NCBI GenBank assembly: GCA_963675745.2
Contig: CAXXWX010000019.1
Coordinates: 224,001 to 288,000 of the forward strand
Length of the DNA stretch: 64,000 bases
Reading direction: 5' to 3'
DNA from: Phycisphaerae bacterium
GTDB taxonomy: Bacteria > Planctomycetota > Phycisphaerae > UBA1845 > Fen-1342
Shown: positions 45,676 to 57,013 of the stretch, piece after piece
How positions within the stretch are numbered: position 1 is the stretch's first letter
How the letters are laid out: every line of letters begins with the position of its first letter
Translations under genes and position numbers: made by a program
The notes under the pieces: generated by a model
What the model saw: the letters and a program-made list of their open reading frames with translations, nothing else
Database searches by the model: none
Told to the model about the DNA's origin: nothing

Positions 45676-47145
45676 ATGTCCGACACACCGCCGAGCCACG
45701 CGCCCGCGAACGAGGAGCGTTATCTGGCGCGCCTCAACAGGTACGTGACCGCACTGCGGAACGACAAGCCCGATTGCGTGCCGATTCGCCCGTTTGTGGC
45801 CGAGTTCGCCGCCCGGTACGCCGGCTATACATGCCAGGACGTGACCCACGATTATGAAAAGGCGTTTGCGGCTGTTCGCCGGTGTGCCGCCGATTTTGAC
45901 TGGGACGCGGTTGTCAGCAACATGGTCTACGTCTGGACCGGGCTGACGCAGGCGATTGGGCTGAAGTATTACGGCGTGCCTGGAATCGACGTGCCGCCCG
46001 ATGTTGGCTTCCAGTACCGCGAGCCCGCCGAGCACGAAGCGTTCATGCGCGACGACGAATACGACGCGCTGATCGACGATCCAACGGGTTTCCTGCTCGA
46101 CGTATGGCTGCCGCGCGTGTCGACGGATGTCGCTGTGCCCGGCGCGCCGGTCACACGGCGCCACAACCTGTCGCTGCTCAAGGGGGGGCTGGCGATGCTG
46201 AGCTACTTCAATGCGTTTGGCCCGCAGAACGAGCGTCTGCGCACGGAATGTGGCACCGTTTCAGCCATCGCGGGAATCCTGAAGGCCCCGTTTGACATCA
46301 TCGCCGACAAGTTGCGCGGGTATGTGGGTCTGACGAAGGACATGGTCCGCCAGCCGCGGAAAGTGCTGGCCGCGTGCGAGGCGCTGATGCCCCATCTGCT
46401 GCACGTGGCGCTTTCCGGTGCCGATCCGGACAAGCGTGTCCCGGTAGGCTTCTGGATGCACCGCGGCTGCGTGCCGTTCGTGCGCCCCGAGCAGTTTGAA
46501 TCACACTACTGGCCGACGTTGAGACCTATCATCGAGGAGCTGTGGAGCCGCGGTCATCAGACGCTCTTCTACGCCGAAGGTGACTGGGGACACCATCTGC
46601 AACGGTTTGCCGAGCTGCCGGACGGTTGCATTGTCTATCACGTGGATCGCGGCGATATCTTCGAGACGCATCGCAAGCTGGGGCACAAGTTCTGCCTGAG
46701 CGGCGGCGTTCCGAACACCTTGCTGAGCTATGGAACGCCGGACCAGGTGCGGGCCCGCTGCAAGCAGGTTATTGATGGTGTGGCGCGCGACGGCGGCTTT
46801 GTCATGGACGCCAGCGCCATCATCCAGAATGATGCGCGCGAGGAGAACGTGCGCGCGATGACCGAATTCACGCGCGACTACGGCACGTACTCAACTTCCT
46901 CAACCGGCGCTGCAACAATCCCCGGTGCCGCGGCGGATACGGCGGCCCGGTCACCGGCGCCTGGTGCCGCCACCTGGCCGGCGCGGGGCGCCCGGGATGT
47001 GCCGCCGGGCGTGTGTATTCCCTGGGAGCAGAAGCGTGCCGAGTTGGCGGCGATATCCGGGGATGCGGAGTTGGTGCAACGCGTCTGGGAGGACATCGAT
47101 GCGCTTGCGCACATGTTTATCTGGCACTGCCTCCTGTCGTTTTAG
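45676..47145 (+). CDS. Uroporphyrinogen decarboxylase-superfamily protein (URO-D/methyltransferase-like)
   Basis: KPDCVPI, APFDIIADKLRG, FESHYWP, CLSGGVP, GTPDQVR, GGFVM, ENVRAM. Confidence 0.8.
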   Translation: MSDTPPSHAPANEERYLARLNRYVTALRNDKPDCVPIRPFVAEFAARYAGYTCQDVTHDYEKAFAAVRRCAADFDWDAVVSNMVYVWTGLTQAIGLKYYGVPGIDVPPDVGFQYREPAEHEAFMRDDEYDALIDDPTGFLLDVWLPRVSTDVAVPGAPVTRRHNLSLLKGGLAMLSYFNAFGPQNERLRTECGTVSAIAGILKAPFDIIADKLRGYVGLTKDMVRQPRKVLAACEALMPHLLHVALSGADPDKRVPVGFWMHRGCVPFVRPEQFESHYWPTLRPIIEELWSRGHQTLFYAEGDWGHHLQRFAELPDGCIVYHVDRGDIFETHRKLGHKFCLSGGVPNTLLSYGTPDQVRARCKQVIDGVARDGGFVMDASAIIQNDAREENVRAMTEFTRDYGTYSTSSTGAATIPGAAADTAARSPAPGAATWPARGARDVPPGVCIPWEQKRAELAAISGDAELVQRVWEDIDALAHMFIWHCLLSF

Positions 47146-47298
47146 CGCTTCTTAAGAAACGCTCCGGCGTGCCACCGCTCTTGAGAGGATTGCGCGACCG
47201 GGAGCGTGCCCGTTGTATTGGGCCTGTGACCGAAGTCATTACAACGGATTCTTCCGCCCACGCCCCACCGGCCACTACCGCCGAATTGCAGAAAGCGG

Positions 47299-48099
47299 TC
47301 AACCGACTCGCCGCAGCAGGTCCATCGCGCGCGGAAAGACTGTCATGATTCCCGCGGCGACACGCACGCTGAAGCTGGTCCAGACCTCCGGTCGCGGGCG
47401 GCGCAGACAGCTCACTATCGCGCGCGCCACACGCTCGGGTCGTTGAAACATCCACGCCGGACCGCCCAGTTCGGACGCGTTCGCAACGCCGGCACTGGCC
47501 TCCGCCGCGCGCTCGAAGAACTCGGTCCGAGTGCTCACCGGGTGAACCGAGGATACGTGAATGCCGTGCCGCCTGAGGTCCATGCGCATCGACCGGCATA
47601 TGTGATGCTGGGCGGCCTTGGTCGCGGAGTAGGCCCCGAACGCCGGCAGCGTGAACCGCGCCACGCAACTTGAACACATCAGCAGGTGCCCATGGCGTCC
47701 ATCGGCTATCAGACGCCGGGCCGCTTCAGCGAGCAGCTCGACGCCGGCGAAGAAATTCACCTCGAAAATACGGCGCAGCCCGGCTTCGTCCAGTTCGTGC
47801 GTCGGCGTCTTGAAACCGTAGCCGGCGTTGGCATACACCACGTCGAACCGGCCGAATCGCCGCTCGGCCGCATCCAGCATGCGCGCCGTCATGCCACGCT
47901 CGGCCACGTCGCCGCACACCAGTTCGGCGTTGCGGCCGCGCGCGCGTACGGCGGCGGCGACTTGTGCCAGGGTCTCCTCGCGCCGACCATTCAGAACCAC
48001 GTGCATGCCGGATTCAGCGCAAGCGCGTGCCGTCGCGGCCCCGATTCCGCTGCCGGCCCCGGTGATCACAACAACCTTGTCGGTCAGATCGCGACCCAT
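47299..48099 (-). CDS. SDR family oxidoreductase
   Basis: ITGAGSGIG, NAGYG, YSATK. The ORF-track N-terminal extension is the antisense shadow of the next gene. Confidence 0.92.
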   Translation of the reverse strand: MGRDLTDKVVVITGAGSGIGAATARACAESGMHVVLNGRREETLAQVAAAVRARGRNAELVCGDVAERGMTARMLDAAERRFGRFDVVYANAGYGFKTPTHELDEAGLRRIFEVNFFAGVELLAEAARRLIADGRHGHLLMCSSCVARFTLPAFGAYSATKAAQHHICRSMRMDLRRHGIHVSSVHPVSTRTEFFERAAEASAGVANASELGGPAWMFQRPERVARAIVSCLRRPRPEVWTSFSVRVAAGIMTVFPRAMDLLRRVG

Positions 48100-48153
48100 G
48101 AGAGTCTCCCGCATGCATGGATTACCTTCGGCAAGACTGTATTCTAGCCGTAT

Positions 48154-48819
48154 ATGAAGCGACAGATCATCATCGGCGATATTCACGGTTGTATCGACGA
48201 ACTGCGCGACCTGCTGAGTGCGGTTGCGCCCACCGCCGACGATGAGATCATCGCCACCGGCGACCTGGTCAACCGCGGCCCGGACAACGAGGCTGTGCTT
48301 CGCCTCTTTCGCGACAGCCCCTCGTTTCGTTCTGTCAGGGGCAACGTCGAACACAACCACGCACTGATTCCCGGCGGACGTTTCGCCCCCACGCGCGCCT
48401 ACCAGCTCACCCGGGATCAACTCGGTTCGCGCTATGAGCGGTGGCTGGGCTTCATGGCCGCACTGCCGCTCTGCATCGAATTGCCGCAGGCGATCGTGCT
48501 GCACGGCGCGTTTGAACCCCAAGTAACGCTGCGTGACCAGCGCGAGGATGTTCTGTTGGGGCAGCCGCACGCCGAGGCCGAGTTGAAGGCCCAATACAAA
48601 CGCCCGTGGTATGAGTTGTACGATGGCGCCGTACCGGTGGTGGTCGGTCACCACGACTATCAGTGCGACAATCAACCGCTCATCCGCGACGGCCGAGTCT
48701 ACGCCATCGATACGGGTTGTGTGCGCGGCGGCCGGTTGACAGCGCTGGTCCTGCCGGATTTCCGCATCGTTTCGGTTCCGGCGCGGGACACTTACTGGCC
48801 CAAGGCGGGCACCTCGTAG
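48154..48819 (+). CDS. Calcineurin-like metallophosphoesterase (ApaH/PrpA-like)
   Basis: GDIHG, GDLVNRGP, GNVE (usually GNHE), HGA, VGH, IDTGC. Confidence 0.88.
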   Translation: MKRQIIIGDIHGCIDELRDLLSAVAPTADDEIIATGDLVNRGPDNEAVLRLFRDSPSFRSVRGNVEHNHALIPGGRFAPTRAYQLTRDQLGSRYERWLGFMAALPLCIELPQAIVLHGAFEPQVTLRDQREDVLLGQPHAEAELKAQYKRPWYELYDGAVPVVVGHHDYQCDNQPLIRDGRVYAIDTGCVRGGRLTALVLPDFRIVSVPARDTYWPKAGTS

Positions 48820-48828
48820 CCGGCAACC

Positions 48829-49065
48829 TCAATCGTCGGATGAATCGGGTGCATCGGTTGGCTCCGGAAACGGGAACTCCACGCCGGAGATGTGTACCTT
48901 GCCCGTCCTCAGCAGATCATCAATCAACGGCAAACAGGCCCCGCACTTGCTCCCACAGCCGGTGATTACGGATAGCTCCTGGGCGCAGGTGATACCGCGC
49001 TGGCGCGCGATCCGCAGCAAATCCGCGAATTTCAGATCGAGGCAGACACAACGGAGTTCAACCAT
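48829..49065 (-). CDS. BFD-like [2Fe-2S]-binding protein
   Basis: RCVC ... TGCGSKCGAC. Confidence 0.82.
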   Translation of the reverse strand: MVELRCVCLDLKFADLLRIARQRGITCAQELSVITGCGSKCGACLPLIDDLLRTGKVHISGVEFPFPEPTDAPDSSDD

Positions 49066-49135
49066 GTGGGAATTATAACAGGCGGCCCTGACCGCACCGA
49101 CAGCACCCCGTTGCGGAAATCGCGGAGACCGAGCC

Positions 49136-50422
49136 CTAGTCTTTGATTGCCAGCAGGCCTTTCCAGGCCTCGTCATTGCGCCAGTGCTCGAAGTGCCGGC
49201 CGTCGAGGTACAGCGCGGGCACACCTTTGAGTTCAAGCTGGTTGCCCAGCGCCACGTGCCGCGCGACGTGGTCGCTTGCCTCTGGTGAGTTCATCGCGGC
49301 TATGAACTTGTCGCGATCGAGCCCGAGCTCGACGGCCCAGTCGGCAAAACGGTCGAGCTCGATATCGTGCTGGCGCTCGAACAGCAGCGCGCGCATTTGG
49401 GAATAGGCCTGGGCCCCACCAACGATCAGGGCCGCACGCGCCGCACGGGCCGCCTGGCAGGACCACGGGTGCCCGCCGCTTTCCCGGTAACGCTCATTGC
49501 ACGCCGGGTCCTGCGGATAGAGGCGGTGGGTCAAGCGAAAACGGCCGGCGTATAGCTCCTGCATGGCGCTGATCTTGTCATTGGCCAGCTTGCAGGCCGG
49601 GCAATTGAAATCGCTGAACACCACGAGCGTGTGCGGCGCATCGGGACTGCCGTACAGCGGATCGTCCTCGCCTACCGGAATGTCCCGGACCGGCTGTTGC
49701 GTGAAGCTCCAGCGAGCATACGCCGGGTCATCGATCACCGCGCGATAGGCCTGCTCAAAGCGCTTCTGCGCGGCGACGGCCATACCGAACTGGCCGACCA
49801 CGATTATCAGCAACGCCGCCAGCCCGCACGCGGTAAGCGTCGCGCCCACCAGCGGATGAGATGGGTGCGGCGGTGTGGGATCAAACTTGCGCCGCGGCCA
49901 GCTCGCCACGGTAACCACCAGTAACAGGCCGTTGAGCACATGCGTGGCCAGACACAGCCCGCACCAGCGGCGCAGCTCGGTCGCCATGACGATGATCAAC
50001 CCGATTGACTCGTACGCGCCATAGCCGATCAATACCAGCATCACCAGGTGCCACCAGCGCCGTCTCCAGGTGGGCAACCCAACAAACGCATACCAGATTC
50101 CGATGAACGAGAAGTACATCATTCCCAGTGCGCCCCAGGAAATGCCGGCGCGCGGCTGCGCGCCGGCGCTCGAGCGCCCCGCAAAGGCTCGCTCCGAGTG
50201 CAGCACGGACGTACAGTCAAACACGGCGTCCGCATCCGCTTCGCTACCGCACAGCATCTCGGCCAGCGGCCCGACGGCTTTGCCGCTCATGCTGATCTGA
50301 AAGGCCGTCAGGCTGAGCAACCACCCGGCCGCCGCCGCGCCTACAGCGCTCCAGCGGATGATGGTCCGCACCGTGATCTGTCGCGGGCTCGGCGTTAAAG
50401 CGGACGTATCGTCGGTCGACAT
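49136..50422 (-). CDS. VKOR domain + DsbA/thioredoxin fusion
   Basis: LCG...DCTSVLHS, WCGLCLATH; C-terminal GSPDAP, FSDFNCPAC, GVPALYLDG. Confidence 0.88.
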   Translation of the reverse strand: MSTDDTSALTPSPRQITVRTIIRWSAVGAAAAGWLLSLTAFQISMSGKAVGPLAEMLCGSEADADAVFDCTSVLHSERAFAGRSSAGAQPRAGISWGALGMMYFSFIGIWYAFVGLPTWRRRWWHLVMLVLIGYGAYESIGLIIVMATELRRWCGLCLATHVLNGLLLVVTVASWPRRKFDPTPPHPSHPLVGATLTACGLAALLIIVVGQFGMAVAAQKRFEQAYRAVIDDPAYARWSFTQQPVRDIPVGEDDPLYGSPDAPHTLVVFSDFNCPACKLANDKISAMQELYAGRFRLTHRLYPQDPACNERYRESGGHPWSCQAARAARAALIVGGAQAYSQMRALLFERQHDIELDRFADWAVELGLDRDKFIAAMNSPEASDHVARHVALGNQLELKGVPALYLDGRHFEHWRNDEAWKGLLAIKD

Positions 50423-50706
50423 ATGGCTCACTCGCTCTCGGCGGTGCTTCCCGGGCTCGCCTGCTGCAAGACCACGCAGTACATGCCAGACGTCGGATAC
50501 GGGTCGGCATGTCTCGGTCTCAGGAAGTCGTTACGGGCGCCGAGCGTCTTTAATGGAAGGCCATGATACTGGATTGGCGCGTATTTGCCGTCCCCGACAG
50601 ACCGGTCACGCGGATTGAGTGTGGCCAGGCCGTCGCGCGCCCGCGGCGCGAAGGGTGCAAGCGGGCGGCGCATTCGCAATCGTTGCGCAGCGCGGCCGGG
50701 TGTGTG

Positions 50707-51189
50707 TCAGGGTGAGATCGGCGGGAAGGTTGCTGGGCCGTGGCCGGTGGCAAACTCGAAGTAAACGCTCCAGCGCACGATCACGCACACGTAGAGCCCG
50801 AGCAAGAGCCACGTACCAAGTTCCGCAACCGGGTGCTTTCGCAGGCACAGCATGATGGTCGTCCCCAGGCCCACCAGCGCGAATTTGTAGGCCACCACCC
50901 CGCCGATCGAACCCCCCAGGAACCACGCGGCTACCGGATTGAGCTCAACGAAGTGACTGCTGAAGCACTCGAGCAATGTGAAACGAAGATCCAGGATATT
51001 GAACAGCCAAACCAGCGCAAGTCCGGCGAATATACGCCGGCTGCGTGTCAGCCAGCGCAGATACCGATCATGCAACGAGCCGGCCAGCGCGCCGCACGCC
51101 GCAAACATCGGTGAAGCTGTCAGACGCCCAAGACGCTTGGACCGGACGCCGGTCAGCGTCAGATCACTGTGTCGATAACCACTGGCCAT
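50707..51189 (-). CDS. DUF5658-like membrane protein
   Basis: FNILDLRFT...ELNPVA...YKF, with 3-4 TM helices. Confidence 0.7.
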   Translation of the reverse strand: MASGYRHSDLTLTGVRSKRLGRLTASPMFAACGALAGSLHDRYLRWLTRSRRIFAGLALVWLFNILDLRFTLLECFSSHFVELNPVAAWFLGGSIGGVVAYKFALVGLGTTIMLCLRKHPVAELGTWLLLGLYVCVIVRWSVYFEFATGHGPATFPPISP

Positions 51190-51556
51190 ACTTCAATCCC
51201 GTACGCCTCGCGATGGCGAGCACGCTGTGGTGGAATCGGCTCAGACTAAATGTGCGAATACCCGTGCCGACGTGCCAAACAAAATCCGGTGGGCGGGGCC
51301 GCGACGGTCAGCCCGGCAGTCGCCGCGCCCATATCAGACTGTGAAGACATATCGGTCGTTTGCCGGCACGTCTGAAGAGAACCGGCCGCCGTCCGGCAAG
51401 CCTTCCGTGCGGCCCGGCATCCTCCGCCCGACGGCTCACCTTGAAGCCGCGCGCCGGCGCCGCTATAGTCGCTGGCAAGCCGGCGGGCTGCTCAAAGGCC
51501 ATACACGTGCCACCAATCAACAGTCGGCAGCCATGCGCGCGGCGGAGAGTCAAGCG

Positions 51557-52333
51557 ATGAAAGTCGTCATTCTGTGCGGTGGCCTCGGTACTCGCATGCG
51601 CGAGGAAACCGAGTTCCGCCCCAAACCCCTGGTGCACATCGGCCCCCGGCCGGTGCTGTGGCATATCATGAAGAACTATGCCCACTTCAACCACCGGCAC
51701 TTCGTGCTGTGCCTCGGGTATCGCGGCGACATGATCAAGGAGTATTTCCTGAACTACGAGGCGATGAGCAGTGATTTCACCATCCGCCTCGGCGACCGCA
51801 CCGGAATCACTCATCACGGCACGCACACCGAGCAGGACTTCGACGTCACATTGGCCGACACCGGCCAGAACACCATGACCGGCGGCCGCATCAAGCGCAT
51901 TCAGCGCTATATCGACAACGAGACGTTCCTCTGTACTTACGGCGACGGGTTGGCCGACGTGGATATCGGAGAGCTGGTCGCTTTTCACAAGAACCATGGC
52001 CGCATCGCCACGCTGACAACCATGAAACCGCGCTCGCGCTTTGGCATTCTCAAGCTCGACGGGGCCGGCCGCGTCGAGCACTTTCACGAGAAGCCCGTGC
52101 TTGATGATTGGGTAAATGCCGGCTTCTTCGTCTTCAATCGCCAGGTCTTTGACTATCTCGGAGATGACGATTGCATCCTGGAGCGTGAGCCGCTCGAGCA
52201 ACTGGCCGGCGATGATCAGCTCATGGCCTTTCGCCACGAGGGTTGCTTCTACACCATGGATACCTACCGCGAATACAAGGCCCTCAACGAGATGTGGGAG
52301 TCGGGGCAGGTTCCCTGGAAGGTATGGGAATGA
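51557..52333 (+). CDS. rfbF: Glucose-1-phosphate cytidylyltransferase
   Basis: MKVVILCGGLGTR, PKPLV, LCLGYRG, TMTGGRI, TYGDG, MDT. Confidence 0.95.
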   Translation: MKVVILCGGLGTRMREETEFRPKPLVHIGPRPVLWHIMKNYAHFNHRHFVLCLGYRGDMIKEYFLNYEAMSSDFTIRLGDRTGITHHGTHTEQDFDVTLADTGQNTMTGGRIKRIQRYIDNETFLCTYGDGLADVDIGELVAFHKNHGRIATLTTMKPRSRFGILKLDGAGRVEHFHEKPVLDDWVNAGFFVFNRQVFDYLGDDDCILEREPLEQLAGDDQLMAFRHEGCFYTMDTYREYKALNEMWESGQVPWKVWE

Positions 52334-53445
52334 CCACGGCGCTTGAGAGCACATTCAAGGGCCGCTCCGTCTTCATCACCGGCCATACCGGCTTCAAGGG
52401 TTCATGGCTGGCGATCTGGCTCGCGCGCATGGGCGCGCGCGTGACGGGCTATGCCCTCGCGCCGGTAACGGACCCGAGCAATTTCGAGCTGGCGGGTGTG
52501 CGTGATCTGTTGGCGGCACACCATGAGGCGGATGTGCGCGACGCCGCTCGCCTGGACACCGCCGTCCGCGACGCCGATCCGGAGTTTGTATTTCATCTGG
52601 CGGCCCAGGCGATCGTGCGCGAGAGTTACGCAGCGCCGCGCGAGACGTTCGATGTCAACCTGCTCGGCACGGCGGGTCTGCTCGATGCGGTCCGCGCGCG
52701 CGGCAAACCCTGCGTGGTCGTGGTCGTAACCAGCGATAAGTGCTATGAAAACCGTGAACAGGTCTGGGGCTACCGCGAAGGTGACGCGCTGGGCGGACAT
52801 GATCCGTACAGCGCCAGCAAAGGCGCCACGGAGATTCTCGCCGCCGCCTATCGCCGCTCTTTCTTCGATCCGAGCCACGTCGGGCAGCACGGCATCAAGC
52901 TGGCAACGGCTCGCGCGGGCAATGTCATCGGCGGCGGTGACTGGGCCAAGGATCGCATCGTGGCCGACACCGCGCGCAGTCTGAGCGCCGCCGTGCCGGT
53001 CCCCGTGCGCAATCCGCAAGCGGTGCGCCCGTGGCAACATGTTCTCGAGCCGCTGAGCGGCTACCTGATGCTGGCGGCCAGGATGCACGCCGACGATGAC
53101 CCGCGCTGGTGCGATGCGTGGAATTTCGGCCCGCTGCCCGGCGATGATATCGCGGTGGGTGATTTGCTCGACCGTTTCATCGCCACCTGGGGCACGGGCA
53201 GTTGGGAAGATGTTCATGATCCGCGCCAGCCGCACGAGGCGAATGTGCTCCGCCTGGCGATCGACAAGGCTCTCTGGACGCTGGGTTGGCAGCCGCGCTG
53301 GAACCTCGACGAGACAATTCGCCGCACGGCCGGCTGGTATCGTCAGTACTATCTCGAAGGGAAAGCCAACACATTGCCGGCCTGCGAAGCCGATATCGAA
53401 GCGTATGAGAACGCCGAGCCTCAGCCGCCGGCGGGACGGCTCTAG
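52330..53445 (+). CDS. rfbG: CDP-glucose 4,6-dehydratase
   Basis: ITGHTGFKGSWL, TSDKCYEN, DPYSASK, RAGNVIGGGDW, RPWQHVLEPL; ATGA overlap with rfbF. Confidence 0.95.
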   Translation: MTTALESTFKGRSVFITGHTGFKGSWLAIWLARMGARVTGYALAPVTDPSNFELAGVRDLLAAHHEADVRDAARLDTAVRDADPEFVFHLAAQAIVRESYAAPRETFDVNLLGTAGLLDAVRARGKPCVVVVVTSDKCYENREQVWGYREGDALGGHDPYSASKGATEILAAAYRRSFFDPSHVGQHGIKLATARAGNVIGGGDWAKDRIVADTARSLSAAVPVPVRNPQAVRPWQHVLEPLSGYLMLAARMHADDDPRWCDAWNFGPLPGDDIAVGDLLDRFIATWGTGSWEDVHDPRQPHEANVLRLAIDKALWTLGWQPRWNLDETIRRTAGWYRQYYLEGKANTLPACEADIEAYENAEPQPPAGRL

Positions 53446-53468
53446 TTTCCCGTCCAATAGAGTGTGCG

Positions 53469-53538
53469 GTGTGCCACGGCTCTGTGAGCCGTGAGGACGC
53501 ACCGCCGGGAGAACACGGCTCATAGAGCCGTGGCACAC
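53469..53538. repeat. REP-like inverted doublet, family 1
   Basis: GTGTGCCACGGCTCTGTGAGCCGTG ... CACGGCTCATAGAGCCGTGGCACAC. Confidence 0.88.
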
Positions 53539-53571
53539 AATGAGTTTCACTGAACCGGGCATCAATCGCCG

Positions 53572-54891
53572 ATGAGTGACCGTGCCGACAAGTTACGCCA
53601 GCGTATTCTGTCGCTGGTTGACGAATACCACGACGAGGCCTTTGCGCCGCCCGAGTTTGTCGCGGGCGAAACGCCCGTGCCGGTTGCCGGGCGCGTGTTT
53701 GACGCCGAGGATCTGTCTCATCTCATCGACGCCTCGCTGGACTTCTGGCTGACCGCCGGCCGGTATGCCAAGGAGTTTGAGCGGCAATTGGCGCAGCAGT
53801 TCGGCGTGCGCTTCGCCACATTGGTGAACTCCGGTTCGTCGGCGAATCTCGTCGCCCTGTGCGCCCTCACATCGCCCACGCTCGCCGACCGCGCGATCAA
53901 GCCCGGCGACGAGGTCATCACCGTTGCCGCCGGCTTCCCGACGACTGTCAACCCGATCATCCAGGCCGGCTGCGTGCCGGTATTCGTCGATGTGACTGTG
54001 CCAACCTATAACGTCGACGCAAACATGCTGGAAGACGCGCGCAGTGAGCGCACCCGGGCGGTGGCTCTCGCCCACACCCTGGGCAACCCGTTCGATCTGG
54101 CGGCGGTTACGGCCTTCTGTCAGAAGCACGGGTTGTGGTTGATTGAGGATTGCTGCGACGCGCTGGGCGCGACTTACGATGGCCGGCCGGCCGGCGCGTT
54201 CGGCGACCTGGCAACGGTCAGCTTTTACCCGGCTCACCACATTACGATGGGCGAAGGTGGCGCGGTTGTAACCGACACCGGCAAGCTGCGCCGCCTGGTC
54301 GAGTCGTTCCGCGACTGGGGCCGTGATTGCTGGTGCGAGCCCGGCAAGGACAACACCTGCGGCCGCCGCTTTGATTGGCAACTCGGCAGCCTGCCGGAAG
54401 GCTATGACCACAAGTACACGTATTCACACATCGGTTACAACCTCAAAGCCACCGATATGCAGGCCGCTGTCGGCGTGGCACAGCTCAAGAAATTGCCGGG
54501 CTTCATCGCGGCCCGCAAGCGCAATTTCGGGTTGCTGCGCGACGGATTGAGCGACCTGGCGGAACTGCTTGTCCTGCCCGAAGCGACGCCGAAGTCCGAC
54601 CCGAGCTGGTTCGGCTTCCCGTTGGCGGTGCGTCCCGAGGCGCCCTTCGCGCGCGATGCGCTGGTCAGGCATCTGAACGAATGCAAGGTCGGTACGCGGC
54701 TGCTGTTTGGCGGAAACCTGACGCGCCAGCCGGCGTACGCCAATGTCAGCCATCGTGTCGTCGGAGATCTGGCGAACTCTGATTTCGTGATGAACCGGGT
54801 GTTCTGGATCGGCGTCTATCCGGGGTTGAGCGAACCGATGATTCAGTACGTCATCGATTGCATCCACGATTTCGTACGGGACAACAAATGA
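53572..54891 (+). CDS. rfbH: CDP-4-keto-6-deoxyglucose 3-dehydratase (RfbH/DdhC)
   Basis: [30 protein letters not shown] (His in place of Lys), RDWGRDCWC...NTC, YDHKYTY. Confidence 0.95.
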   Translation: MSDRADKLRQRILSLVDEYHDEAFAPPEFVAGETPVPVAGRVFDAEDLSHLIDASLDFWLTAGRYAKEFERQLAQQFGVRFATLVNSGSSANLVALCALTSPTLADRAIKPGDEVITVAAGFPTTVNPIIQAGCVPVFVDVTVPTYNVDANMLEDARSERTRAVALAHTLGNPFDLAAVTAFCQKHGLWLIEDCCDALGATYDGRPAGAFGDLATVSFYPAHHITMGEGGAVVTDTGKLRRLVESFRDWGRDCWCEPGKDNTCGRRFDWQLGSLPEGYDHKYTYSHIGYNLKATDMQAAVGVAQLKKLPGFIAARKRNFGLLRDGLSDLAELLVLPEATPKSDPSWFGFPLAVRPEAPFARDALVRHLNECKVGTRLLFGGNLTRQPAYANVSHRVVGDLANSDFVMNRVFWIGVYPGLSEPMIQYVIDCIHDFVRDNK

Positions 54892-55964
54892 GCGCCGCCG
54901 ACCTGAACAGCTATCCACCGATTGTCCGAGACGATCTGCCGCCGATTGCCGACGCGCTGCGGGCGGCGCGCCAACGCCTTTCCGGCAAAACCGTGCTGAT
55001 CACCGGGGCCAGCGGTTTTTTGCCGGCGTACATCGTTGATACGCTCGCGTATCTCAACGACGCCGGCCTGCTTGACCAACCCTGCCGGCAGATTCTGCTG
55101 GAACGCTCCGCGGATGCGATCACGGCGCGCCTGGGCCATCTGCGAGATCGCTCTGATATCACGGTGATGGTTCAGGACGTATGTGACCCGATCACGCTCG
55201 ACCGGCAGCCGCACATGATTGTCCACGCGGCTTCGCCGGCCTCGCCGAAGTTCTTCCGCAAGGACCCGGTCGGCTGCATAGATGCCAACACGCTGGGAAC
55301 GCGGAATCTGCTCGAGCTGGCCCGCGCGGACGCCTGTGAGAGTTTTCTGTACTTCAGCAGCAGTGAAATCTACGGCACGCCCGACCCCGACGCGATTCCT
55401 ACCCCCGAGACATACGTCGGCCGCGTCGATTGCACCGGAAAACGCGCCTGCTATGCCGAAGCCAAGCGACTTGGCGAGAGCTACTGCGTGGCGTATCACG
55501 AACAGTACAGCGTTCCGGCCAAGATGGTCCGCCCGTTTCACGTTCATGGCCCCGGCCTGCGCATCGATGACGGGCGCATCATCGCCGCCCTGATCAGTAT
55601 GGGGCTCGCCGGCAAACCGCTGGAACTGATGAGCGCCGGCACGGCGACGCGCACATACGGCTATGTGTCCGACGCGATAGTGGGTTTTCTTCTGGTGTTG
55701 CTGAGCGATCACGATGGCCAGGCGTTCAACGTCGGCGTCGACAAGCCCGAGACAACCGTGCTCGAGCTCGCTACGATCATCGCCAGGCTTTTCGGCCAGA
55801 CCGAGCCGGTGAAGGTGAGTCAGGCTCCCGGCGCCGAGACGATCAAGGGTGCCCCGGACAGAGCTTGTCCGGATCTGACCAAGATAAGAACGCTGCTCGG
55901 CTATAATCCGCTGGTCGCACTTGAGGACGGGCTGGCGCGCACGATCGCGTGGCACCGCCGGTGA
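54888..55964 (+). CDS. NAD-dependent epimerase/dehydratase (UDP-glucuronate decarboxylase-like)
   Basis: [32 protein letters not shown]. Confidence 0.88.
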   Translation: MSAADLNSYPPIVRDDLPPIADALRAARQRLSGKTVLITGASGFLPAYIVDTLAYLNDAGLLDQPCRQILLERSADAITARLGHLRDRSDITVMVQDVCDPITLDRQPHMIVHAASPASPKFFRKDPVGCIDANTLGTRNLLELARADACESFLYFSSSEIYGTPDPDAIPTPETYVGRVDCTGKRACYAEAKRLGESYCVAYHEQYSVPAKMVRPFHVHGPGLRIDDGRIIAALISMGLAGKPLELMSAGTATRTYGYVSDAIVGFLLVLLSDHDGQAFNVGVDKPETTVLELATIIARLFGQTEPVKVSQAPGAETIKGAPDRACPDLTKIRTLLGYNPLVALEDGLARTIAWHRR

Positions 55965-56956
55965 GCGACGCTACGAATAAGCCGCAATCGGAGCAACGGA
56001 TGGTGCCCAAACCCATCACGGAACTTGTCGAGTCCTTCCGGTCCGGCGCGCTGCCGCGTGACGACTATTGGAAGGCGATGCAGCAGCACCATCGCACGCT
56101 CCAGGACTATGCGCGGTTGATTCAAAGCCCTGATCTCGACCGGATCGAAATCCGCGCCAGCGGAGTTTTCGTCGTGTTCGGCTCGGGCGTGCGCATGTAC
56201 TGGCGGCCCGACGACACCCGCAGCGTTCCCAGCGTAACGGTCAACAACGGCAGCTATGAGCCGACCGAACGCCGCTTGCTGGAGAGCCTCGCCGCCGGCG
56301 CTCAGTTAATCCTCGACATCGGCGCCAACGCCGGCTACATGGCCTTGCACATGGCGCGCGCGGTCGCGCCGCGCAGTGGCAAGATCCTCGCGTTTGAACC
56401 CGTGCCGAGCACCTATGGCGAGTTGTGCGCGAACGTGGCGGTCAATGACCTGGAGGAGACGGTCAGCACGATCAACGTGGCCCTCGGGGATCGCGACGGC
56501 AGCCTGGCCTTTTATGTGCCGGCATTTCACGGCAGCGTGGCCGCCTCGGCGCGGCCGCTCTTTCCCAACGAGGAAAACAAGCATGTTCAGGTCCGCATGG
56601 TGCGTCTCGACGACTATGCCGCCGAACACCCCTTCAGCCGGATCGATCTGGTCAAGTGCGATGTCGAAGGGGCCGAGCTGCTCGTGCTGCGCGGCGGGCT
56701 TGAAACGCTCAAGCGGCATCGGCCGATCCTGATGCTCGAGATGCTGCGCAAGTGGGCGGCGGCGTATGACTATCATCCGAACGACATTATCGACCTGCTG
56801 CGCTCGCTCGACTACGCCTGCTGGTCGTATGAGAACGGCCGCTTCGTCGAGTACACCAAGATGGACGACGATTGTGAGCAGACGAATTTCTTCTTCATGC
56901 AGCCGGATAAGCACGCCGGCGTGCGTGAGATGCTCGAACAGCGCATGGCGTCGTAG
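55961..56956 (+). CDS. FkbM family methyltransferase
   Basis: LDIGANAG, AFEP, LDDY, KCDVEGAE. Start GTG 55961 (GTGA overlap) or ATG 56000. Confidence 0.9.
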   Translation: MSDATNKPQSEQRMVPKPITELVESFRSGALPRDDYWKAMQQHHRTLQDYARLIQSPDLDRIEIRASGVFVVFGSGVRMYWRPDDTRSVPSVTVNNGSYEPTERRLLESLAAGAQLILDIGANAGYMALHMARAVAPRSGKILAFEPVPSTYGELCANVAVNDLEETVSTINVALGDRDGSLAFYVPAFHGSVAASARPLFPNEENKHVQVRMVRLDDYAAEHPFSRIDLVKCDVEGAELLVLRGGLETLKRHRPILMLEMLRKWAAAYDYHPNDIIDLLRSLDYACWSYENGRFVEYTKMDDDCEQTNFFFMQPDKHAGVREMLEQRMAS

Positions 56957-57013
56957 AGAACCCAGCCGCAGCGTCCGGCCGCTGCTGACTGCTCGGGGAT
57001 GTGACAGGATTCG

